From contig CAZOKU010000001.1 of NCBI GenBank assembly GCA_964580715.1, positions 17,310-81,309 on the forward strand: a stretch of 64,000 nt of DNA. The letters run 5' to 3'. Origin of the DNA: an uncultured Rhizobium sp. (GTDB lineage: Bacteria > Pseudomonadota > Alphaproteobacteria > Rickettsiales > UBA1997). Positions 26,481-33,371 of this stretch are shown piece after piece (position 1 is the stretch's first letter; the number at the start of each line of letters is the position of its first letter). The notes beneath the pieces are model-generated. The model worked only from the letters and a program-made list of their open reading frames with translations. It did not search any database and was not told the DNA's origin. The position numbers and the translations under genes were made by a program.

Positions 26481-28379
26481 TTAAAAAATTCCTTTGCTTC
26501 TTACTTTTCTAACGCGTTGGTAAATTGGTTGAGTAGTTTGTTGAATATTTTGAATCTGTTTATTTTCTGATCTAAGCGGAATTTCTTTTAGCTGTTGATG
26601 AATTTTATTTAGATCAAACTTCCAGTTACGAATAAGCCCACGCAGAGCAGCAAAAGCATAAACTCTACAATCAAGTGCTTCAGTTTTTGCTCCTTCACGG
26701 CGCGGTATCCATTCTCTTACTGGTCTGCCTTTGACATATTTGGTTTTAACAATTTCAGAAGTAATTTGAGTAAACCATTCAGCATCGCGTTCCATTGGAA
26801 AGTGCCAGTAACCAGCACCTTCTTCAGCAATGCGTAACCTTTGCATTAAAGTTTCCTTAGCATCGTTAACACCAATTACATAAACCGGTTTTTTTAATCT
26901 TTTATTTTGACTGGCGCGAGGTGGCCAAATTGGAACTCCAGCTCCACTTGAACTTCCTTTTATTGCAAAAACTTTTTTATGTTTTCTAGTATCGCAATAA
27001 TTGATAACATGATCGGTATAGTGACCGCCGCTATCAATGCAGGTTGCTGCAATTGAAAAATTCGGTAGTTCTCTTTGATGCTCAAAAGTTGTTTCTAAAA
27101 TTTTGTCGAGATCATTCCAAAGATGCGGAGTTGAGGGGTCGCCGTAAATCACCTGATAATCAAGTGACCAACTTTCTTCATCTTTTCCCCAACCAACAAT
27201 TTCGATCTCAAGACGATTGTCTTGCACGTCAACACCAGCAGTGATGAGAACAATATTTTTGCAAATTCTAGTACCAAAATTTTCACGACGCTTCATTAAT
27301 CCGCTTGGATCAATAACTTCACCAGCCATGTCCTCCCAAGTTTCGGCAAGTTTTGTGTTTGTCCAAACTTGAAGCCTTGGCGGGTCTTTGTGAACCTCGC
27401 AAAATTCCTGTGCGATATTGCCAAAACTTGTCCAGCCATGAGGGCTGTAAAGTGATGACAAATGAAAGGAAATCGTTTTGCTGTTAGCATTTGGGCTAGT
27501 TGCTACCCATTTACCTTTCCGTAAAATTTCTGCTTTCTGATAATCTTCCCAAACTGATCCGCATTTTTCGCAAGCGTAATAAGCAGATTCCGGCTTTCCT
27601 TTTGGCCATTTAACTTGTGACCACTTAAGAATTTGAAATTCACCGCAATCAGGGCATGGCACGAAGTAATAACGCTGATCACCTTCCAAAAATGCCGTTT
27701 CAATTCGACTAAAATTTTTGATCGTTGGTGTTGAGATCATGAAAATTTTGCGATTGGAAAACGTTGCCGTTCTCTGAATTGCCAAATTTACAGGATCACC
27801 TTCGCCACCCGCATCATCTGGATAACCATCAACCTCATCAAGAAAGAGATAACGAATCGGCATCGAACGAAGACCAACGGCAGAATTAGCGCCGGTCATA
27901 ACCAGAACACCGCCTGGAAATTCCTTCATCAAAATTGTATTGCCGCTATCTCTGGCGCGAGGGTCTTTTACTTTTTCTTTTAGTGCCGGACAATTTTCTA
28001 TCGCCGGATCAATCCGCATTTTTGAAGTGCGCTTTGCCGTCTCAACTGTTGGATTTACGATTAACATTGGCCCTGGGGCGTGATGAATCACAAAACCCAT
28101 CCAGTTATTACCGCATTCAGTCCCACCAATTTGCGCGCCTTTCATGAAGACAACTTTTTCGCAAGGATTTGATGGTGAAAGACAGTCCATAATTTCTTTC
28201 AAATATGGTGTTCTGTCAGTTCTCCATGCGCCAGGCTCTGAAGATGAAATGCTGCTTAAAACACGGTGATTATCTGCCCAACTTGATACTGTAAAATTAG
28301 GATCAGGCGTTAAGCCTGCGTGATGGTTTTGAAGATAAATATGTTCATAATTTTTCATTAACCTTGGAAAGTTCCTCAA
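26481..28379 (-). CDS. terminase large subunit (lambda GpA-like)
   Basis: 632 aa. KGAQIGGTE Walker A-like motif, LFLDEVD Walker B, zinc ribbon CPDCGEFQ...CEKCGSVW, and a C-terminal nuclease region. Confidence 0.9.
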   Translation of the reverse strand: MRNFPRLMKNYEHIYLQNHHAGLTPDPNFTVSSWADNHRVLSSISSSEPGAWRTDRTPYLKEIMDCLSPSNPCEKVVFMKGAQIGGTECGNNWMGFVIHHAPGPMLIVNPTVETAKRTSKMRIDPAIENCPALKEKVKDPRARDSGNTILMKEFPGGVLVMTGANSAVGLRSMPIRYLFLDEVDGYPDDAGGEGDPVNLAIQRTATFSNRKIFMISTPTIKNFSRIETAFLEGDQRYYFVPCPDCGEFQILKWSQVKWPKGKPESAYYACEKCGSVWEDYQKAEILRKGKWVATSPNANSKTISFHLSSLYSPHGWTSFGNIAQEFCEVHKDPPRLQVWTNTKLAETWEDMAGEVIDPSGLMKRRENFGTRICKNIVLITAGVDVQDNRLEIEIVGWGKDEESWSLDYQVIYGDPSTPHLWNDLDKILETTFEHQRELPNFSIAATCIDSGGHYTDHVINYCDTRKHKKVFAIKGSSSGAGVPIWPPRASQNKRLKKPVYVIGVNDAKETLMQRLRIAEEGAGYWHFPMERDAEWFTQITSEIVKTKYVKGRPVREWIPRREGAKTEALDCRVYAFAALRGLIRNWKFDLNKIHQQLKEIPLRSENKQIQNIQQTTQPIYQRVRKVRSKGIF

Positions 28380-28851
28380 GCGCTTTGATCAGCTCGGCTT
28401 TTAAAATTTCTTTCATCTCAAAAATATCAGTCTTGCCAACTAATTGCGGAATAACGCGGTCGGGGATATTTAAAATTCGATCACGCGTCATTCTTGCCGC
28501 GTTAAAAGCTATGATTTTTACTTCATCAACTGGAATTAATTTTTTTGACTCTTTCTCAAATTGTAATCTGAGTAGCTTCGCACCATAAGCCTCTTTAATC
28601 GCACGACTTTGTTGATAACTTGGTCCGTTTGCTGTGTTTGGTATAGAATTTTGGTTATAATCGGGCTTTTCTTCAGAAAATATTGCCTTTATCTGCGCCG
28701 GATCGGTGTTTTTACCCCATTCGCTATTAGCAATTTTAGGATTTATTTTGCCGGTTTTGCTTTTGCTGATTCTTCCTTGCCTGATTGCTTTTCTAACTGC
28801 CGCCTCGCTAACACCGCGATGTCTGGCATATCCTCTGATAGAGAGTTCCAT
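28345..28851 (-). CDS. terminase small subunit
   Basis: N-terminal HTH (IRGYARHRGVSEAAVRKAIRQGRI). Overlaps the large subunit by 35 nt. Confidence 0.7.
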   Translation of the reverse strand: MELSIRGYARHRGVSEAAVRKAIRQGRISKSKTGKINPKIANSEWGKNTDPAQIKAIFSEEKPDYNQNSIPNTANGPSYQQSRAIKEAYGAKLLRLQFEKESKKLIPVDEVKIIAFNAARMTRDRILNIPDRVIPQLVGKTDIFEMKEILKAELIKALEELSKVNEKL

Positions 28852-28920
28852 GGTTATTTGTGTATTTCAAACTTTTTTAAAAATTGTGTAAAAAATCATC
28901 TTAATTGACTTGATAGTGAT

Positions 28921-28932
28921 GCTTCGCGAAGC
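28921..28932. repeat. perfect 12-bp GC-rich palindrome GCTTCGCGAAGC upstream of terminase genes
   Basis: Read directly from the sequence. It lies 70 bp upstream of the terS start in an AT-rich divergent intergenic region, flanked by TGATAG direct repeats. Confidence 0.9.
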
Positions 28933-28985
28933 CATACTGATAGAGCCTTCATAAGGCTTTTATTAATCTCAAACGCGAGGAAATT

Positions 28986-29303
28986 ATGCCTAAAAAAATT
29001 TCAAAATCAGTTGCTAAAAAAATAGTCAAAAAAGTGTCTGCCGAAGTTAAAGAAAATTCGTTCAAAGAAGCGCCGGTTAAAAAAATTCCAACAGCACGCC
29101 AAAATACAAAAAATTCCCAATTAATCGAAATGATAAAAGGAGCTGAAGGCGGAATTACTCTCAAACAAATCTGCGAAAAACTAACATGGCAACCACACAC
29201 AGCCAGATCGGTAATTTCACGCTTAAATAAAAATCAGAATCTTGTAATTTTAAATCATAAATCAGCGAATGGAGATCGAGTTTACAAATTAACACAACAA
29301 TAA
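28986..29303 (+). CDS. DUF3489-family winged-helix protein
   Basis: SQLIEMIKGAEGGITLKQICEKLTWQPHTARSVISRL...GDRVYKL matches the DUF3489 pattern common in alphaproteobacterial mobile elements. Confidence 0.7.
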   Translation: MPKKISKSVAKKIVKKVSAEVKENSFKEAPVKKIPTARQNTKNSQLIEMIKGAEGGITLKQICEKLTWQPHTARSVISRLNKNQNLVILNHKSANGDRVYKLTQQ

Positions 29304-29395
29304 AATTGGTGTAACACCTTGAAAGGGTTGAGCTTAATTCCTATATCAAAAGGCAAATTTAGCTCAACTATTTCAACATCAATTTAAACAAAACA

Positions 29396-29713
29396 ATGCC
29401 ATATCAAAAATACGAGCCAGCAATTGCTGATATTGTTAAAAAACATTTCGGGTTGGAAATGCACAACCATCGTCCGAGTTCATTTGGATATAGCTTTTTT
29501 TTCAGTAAACCAATACCAACCGAGGACAGAAAAAATAAGCGTTCTAGGATTTTAGAAGTTCATGTTTCACAAGAATTTGTGGAGGATAACGGAAGCATAA
29601 AAGACTTAGAGAGGCAACTTACAAAAGAATTAGCTTCTTACGATCCGGAGTCGGATCATTCATGGAATCAGTCCCCTCCAATCCATCAAATAAATATAAA
29701 ATCTGCTTACTAA
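29396..29713 (+). CDS. hypothetical protein (105 aa)
   Basis: ORF in an otherwise empty gap. No motif recognised. Confidence 0.4.
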   Translation: MPYQKYEPAIADIVKKHFGLEMHNHRPSSFGYSFFFSKPIPTEDRKNKRSRILEVHVSQEFVEDNGSIKDLERQLTKELASYDPESDHSWNQSPPIHQINIKSAY

Positions 29714-29904
29714 ACCAACTTCTCAACTTCAGTAAGAAGCATAAGAGCTTGGTCTTTTTCTCGGCAGTCATTTTTAAATGCCCCGACTTTTCTTTTGGCA
29801 ATTTCTACCGCATTTTTGCCGTGCTTTTCCACAAGTTCAGCTGCTTGGTTTTTTAATTTCTCGTTACTCAGATTTTCCGTCATTTTTTCTCTTAAAAATT
29901 TCAT
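29710..29904 (-). CDS. hypothetical small helical protein (64 aa)
   Basis: Follows the methyltransferase and overlaps its 3' end. Coding status uncertain. Confidence 0.3.
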   Translation of the reverse strand: MKFLREKMTENLSNEKLKNQAAELVEKHGKNAVEIAKRKVGAFKNDCREKDQALMLLTEVEKLV

Positions 29905-31138
29905 TAAAGCTTTTACCGGTTTCCAAAAGAATTGCCTCTTTACCGGTTAAATTTTGCCATCTTTTTACAATTACGTCGACATATTTACAATCGAGTTCAA
30001 TCATTCTGCATCTGCGATTGGTTTGTTCAGATGCGATCAGTGTTGAACCTGAACCACCAAAACAATCCAAAATTATATCATCAGTTTTACTGGAATTAAG
30101 AATTGCACGCTTGCAAAGCTCAACCGGTTTCATTGTTGGGTGAAGATCATTCTTATTTGGTTTATTATAAAACCAAACATCACCTTGGTTGCGATCACCG
30201 CACCAGTAATGATCATTACTTTTTTTCCATCCGTAAAGAATAGGCTCATACTGTCTTTGATAATCACTTCCTCCAATAGTGAAATGATTCTTTGCCCAAA
30301 TAATGAAAGTTGACCACTTGCCACCAGCATCAATAAAGGATTTTTGCAAAGTATGAAGCTCTGATGAACTCATGCAGATATAGCATGAGCCTTTAGTGAT
30401 AGACAAAGCATTCTTACAAAAATCGAAAAGAAATTTGCTAAAATTTTCTCCGAGATTGTCGTTAAGAATTTTTGCATTATTGCCGCGCACTTTATCTTTC
30501 ATGCTGTTGCCGTAATCCACATTGTAAGGTGGATCGGTAAAGAGCATATCAGCAAGTTCTTCGCCTAAAAGTGCCTGGTAAGTTTCTGTTTTACAGGAAT
30601 CGCCGCAAATCAATTTATGTTTTCCTAAAATCCAAATATCTCCTGATTTTGAGATCGGCTTTTCTGTGGCTTCAGGAACTTCTTCAGTTTCTTGCTCTTC
30701 ATCTTTGTCGTAAAGGTTTGAGAAAATTTTCTCTAATTCCTGATCTTCAAAACCAATTAAATCGAGATTAAAATTTTCTTCCTTAAGATCAGCCAGCTCA
30801 CTTGCCAAAATTTCTTCATCCCATCCGGCATTCTCAGCAAGTTTGTTATCTGCGATGATGTAAGCCTTTTTTTGTGTTTCACTTAAGTGATCAAGAATAA
30901 CAACAGGAACTTCTTTTAAGCCCAGCTTCTTTGCTGCCATTAATCTTCCGTGACCAGCAATTATTCCTTTTTCTTCATCAATCAAAACCGGATTAGTAAA
31001 ACCAAACTCAATTATGCTAGCGGCAATTTGTGCTACTTGTGCTTCTGAATGCAGCCGTGCATTTTTGTTGTAAGGAATCAACTCATCAATTTTTTTAAGC
31101 TCGATGTGATCCGCCATCTTTGGTGAAAAATCATCCAT
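29864..31138 (-). CDS. ParB-like nuclease domain fused to N6A/N4C DNA methyltransferase
   Basis: N-terminal ParB/Srx motif (NPVLIDEEKGIIAGHGRLMAAKKLG), then TDPPYNVDYG (motif IV) and CFGGSGSTLIA (motif I) in beta-class order. Confidence 0.85.
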   Translation of the reverse strand: MDDFSPKMADHIELKKIDELIPYNKNARLHSEAQVAQIAASIIEFGFTNPVLIDEEKGIIAGHGRLMAAKKLGLKEVPVVILDHLSETQKKAYIIADNKLAENAGWDEEILASELADLKEENFNLDLIGFEDQELEKIFSNLYDKDEEQETEEVPEATEKPISKSGDIWILGKHKLICGDSCKTETYQALLGEELADMLFTDPPYNVDYGNSMKDKVRGNNAKILNDNLGENFSKFLFDFCKNALSITKGSCYICMSSSELHTLQKSFIDAGGKWSTFIIWAKNHFTIGGSDYQRQYEPILYGWKKSNDHYWCGDRNQGDVWFYNKPNKNDLHPTMKPVELCKRAILNSSKTDDIILDCFGGSGSTLIASEQTNRRCRMIELDCKYVDVIVKRWQNLTGKEAILLETGKSFNEIFKRKNDGKSE

Positions 31139-31162
31139 GTAATTTTCTTAAAATTTTTACGC

Positions 31163-31198
31163 AAAAAAAATGCGTACCTAAAATTATTCAGGTACGCA
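31163..31198 (-). terminator. Rho-independent terminator (minus strand) just upstream of the methyltransferase gene
   Basis: A 9-bp stem TGCGTACCT/AGGTACGCA with a 10-nt loop is followed on the minus strand by TTTTTTTT. An alternative shorter hairpin, TACGCA-A6-TGCGTA, shares one arm. Confidence 0.6.
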
Positions 31199-31380
31199 CC
31201 TTGCGAATGCTATTATTTATTGGTTTTGTCTAAAAAATTCTAACCGCTGCGAACCCTTTTAAAAATTCTATCGGTAAAAAAAGCACGGGGTCGCGCGTTA
31301 CCCGCGAAAAAAGTGCGTCACAGTACCTTTTATTTGATATTTTACTGATTATGCAATAGAATCGCAGAGTAACTAAGACA

Positions 31381-31436
31381 GGTGTGTGCGACCACCAGTT
31401 GAAGGAGGTGGTGGGTTCGAATCTCACTACGGCATT
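31381..31436 (+). other. tRNA-like fragment: canonical T-arm (GTGGG-TTCGAAT-CTCAC) preceded by ACCACC/GGTGGT hairpin; not a complete tRNA
   Basis: The T-loop sequence and 5-bp stem are canonical. I could not fold an acceptor stem, D-arm or 7-nt anticodon loop. Confidence 0.35.
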
Positions 31437-31645
31437 TGGTATCTATTTCATTACTGTAATTTTGATAAATTTTATTAACTCAAAACCAATAAGAAATATG
31501 ATAAATAATTTTAAACTAAGTCTTAAACCAAATTTAAAATCCAAAACAATGCTTAAAAAACTATTGAATACTTTCGCATCTGTTATCGGAGCTATGCTCC
31601 AAAAAATAGGTATCAATATGCTAGCAGGTTTGCTGCCTCCTTTAG

Positions 31646-32221
31646 TTATTTGTTCTTCTCTAAATTAACTCTTAGCTGTGCGTCAAAGCGATCTTTAACT
31701 GTATTTGTTGTTATCTCAATCATATCTAATCTCTTGTTGATGTCGGCGCTCTTACGCAAGAAGAAGAGAATTTTAAATTCCTTACCTTTGCGCTGTGCAA
31801 TTACTTCCTGTCCTGCTTTTGTTTTAATCTTAAACGCATCACCTGCTAGATAAGACGATGGACTGTTTGAATCGCTCCTCTTCCTAATTTGACTTATTGC
31901 CTGATAAGAGGGGATTGCCAACCGTCCATCTTTTGCTTTCTTGATGCCACCAGTTTGCTGCAAGGCTGCAAAGGCAGCCATTGTATAAACCTCAGCAGTT
32001 AATTTTGTTTTTGTTGCTGGTTTAATTCTGACTGAGCTTTCAAAGCCGCCGTATTTTTTTCTGATAAAGAATTTTTCGCGGATGTTTTTTCTGACTGCTT
32101 CCTGACTTTGTTGTGCGATTTGTGTTAGTGTTTTTGCTACAGCAAATGGAATTTGTTTTGTGGCAATTTGCTTGATATCTTCCTTCGTTTTATCGTTAAA
32201 TTGCAATTCAATAAGTGCCAT
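31646..32221 (-). CDS. hypothetical phage protein (191 aa)
   Basis: Long ORF with a basic product. Family not recognised. Confidence 0.5.
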   Translation of the reverse strand: MALIELQFNDKTKEDIKQIATKQIPFAVAKTLTQIAQQSQEAVRKNIREKFFIRKKYGGFESSVRIKPATKTKLTAEVYTMAAFAALQQTGGIKKAKDGRLAIPSYQAISQIRKRSDSNSPSSYLAGDAFKIKTKAGQEVIAQRKGKEFKILFFLRKSADINKRLDMIEITTNTVKDRFDAQLRVNLEKNK

Positions 32222-32543
32222 TTTCTAAAAATGCTTCTTTTATCAATGCGTCTAGCTGACTTGTAAATATCCAAATATCGTCTCTATCATATCTTGTCCT
32301 AGAAAATCTTAATTTTTGTTTTATTCGATATATACAATGTTTTATCATTTTTGACTGAGAAGACTTCAGTAAAATCTTAGATTTTTCAAATTCTTGTTTG
32401 ATATTTTCTATACAATTTAATCCGAACTCAACATTTGATCTAGAGAAGTGGTGGCTAGCATTGATTAATTTTTCTATCCGATATGAATAACCATTAAAAA
32501 AAACTCTGTCTATCATCATTTCTGTATCAAATTTATTAGGCAC
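32208..32543 (-). CDS. hypothetical protein (111 aa; start uncertain, GTG or downstream ATG)
   Basis: ORF fills the gap and overlaps the downstream gene by 14 nt. Confidence 0.4.
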   Translation of the reverse strand: MPNKFDTEMMIDRVFFNGYSYRIEKLINASHHFSRSNVEFGLNCIENIKQEFEKSKILLKSSQSKMIKHCIYRIKQKLRFSRTRYDRDDIWIFTSQLDALIKEAFLENGTY

Positions 32544-32602
32544 ATTTTTAGATCATGAGAAAAATATAAGGCAAACAGCCCCTAAGTGTAAAGTGCTTTT
32601 TT

Positions 32603-33001
32603 TCAATGTCTGTATATAGGTAAATCTGGGTAATTCTGAGTAATAAATTTAATCGAATTTTTGTATTTTTTATTTGCAGTTACTCTCGAAAAACCAAAAG
32701 TTTTTTTGATAATATCCCACGGAATATTATTTGCTCTCATCCACACAATTTTTCTTTCCTCTGGAGTTTTAAGTAAATTCAACCATTCCATTGCTCTTTC
32801 CATTCTTGATATTGCATCAGGAGTTGCGCGCCACACTTTGCTTTTTTGATCCATTCGCATTATTTCTCTCTCGGTATAGATAATTTCAGGCCACGCATTG
32901 AAATAACCTTGCACTCTGACAGGTGGCATTTTCTTCAAGGTTCTTACCGCCTCTTTGAAAATTGCGATGATTTGTTCTTCGCTAAATCTTGTGTTTTCCA
33001 T
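32603..33001 (-). CDS. DUF6362-like phage regulatory protein (C-terminal HTH)
   Basis: EEQIIAIFKEAVRTLKKMP...WP......E........R..P.PDAISRMERAMEWLNLL...ERKIVWMRANNIPWDIIKKTFGFSRVTANKKY matches the DUF6362 pattern seen in alphaproteobacterial prophages. Confidence 0.55.
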   Translation of the reverse strand: MENTRFSEEQIIAIFKEAVRTLKKMPPVRVQGYFNAWPEIIYTEREIMRMDQKSKVWRATPDAISRMERAMEWLNLLKTPEERKIVWMRANNIPWDIIKKTFGFSRVTANKKYKNSIKFITQNYPDLPIYRH

Positions 33002-33053
33002 TTTTATTTCTCGGTTTTGATTTTTAAATTTGAGAGAAAACCATAGCTGATTA

Positions 33054-33105
33054 CCTCCCCATATATACTTGGAGGGTTATTACCCTCCATAGTATATGGA
33101 GGGGG
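33054..33105. repeat. nested inverted repeats built from four TGGAGGG/CCCTCCA boxes in alternating orientation
   Basis: Inner perfect inverted repeat TGGAGGGT-TATT-ACCCTCCA (33070..33089). The outer arms CCCCATATATACT / AGTATATGGAGGGGG are imperfect. Confidence 0.85.
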
Positions 33106-33165
33106 TGCAGGTTCTAAACTTGAAAAAAAGCTCCAAAGATAAGATGGAAGCAAGTTCGTGGAGAT

Positions 33166-33365
33166 GAAAACTTGAAATTTTTTCTGAAACTTTTTTGAAA
33201 ACTTGGAAACTTCATTCAGAGCTTGTTTAACAAGGGTTTGCAGATTTTTAATATTTTTCCAATTTTCCAATTTTGGAAACTTGGCGGAAACTTGTGCAGG
33301 AGTAAGGCGCAGACAAGTTTTTCCGAAAACTTGGAAACTTGCTGGAAACTTGATTTGGAATCTTG
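33166..33365. repeat. iteron array: at least 10 copies of G(G/A)AAACTTG; putative phage replication origin
   Basis: Copies start at 33166, 33186, 33197, 33205, 33275, 33286, 33325, 33333 and 33344, with a variant at 33357. Inverted CAAGTT copies lie near 33151 and 33314. The array sits directly downstream of the primase-helicase gene. Confidence 0.65.
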
Positions 33366-33371
33366 ATTTTT

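Noticed and set aside
31230-31427. 65-aa minus-strand ORF across the structured non-coding island
   Set aside because: It spans hairpins and A/T runs, has no start context, and its product looks random. Probably not coding.
31381-31436. Possible complete tRNA gene
   Set aside because: Only the T-arm is canonical. The candidate 5' acceptor strand pairs at 5 of 7 positions at best, and no D-arm or 7-nt anticodon loop could be folded. It is kept only as a tRNA-like fragment.
33166-33365. CRISPR-like array
   Set aside because: The repeats are only 9 bp, irregularly spaced and partly abutting. This pattern fits iterons, not CRISPR repeats, and no cas genes are present apart from a phage Cas4-like exonuclease.
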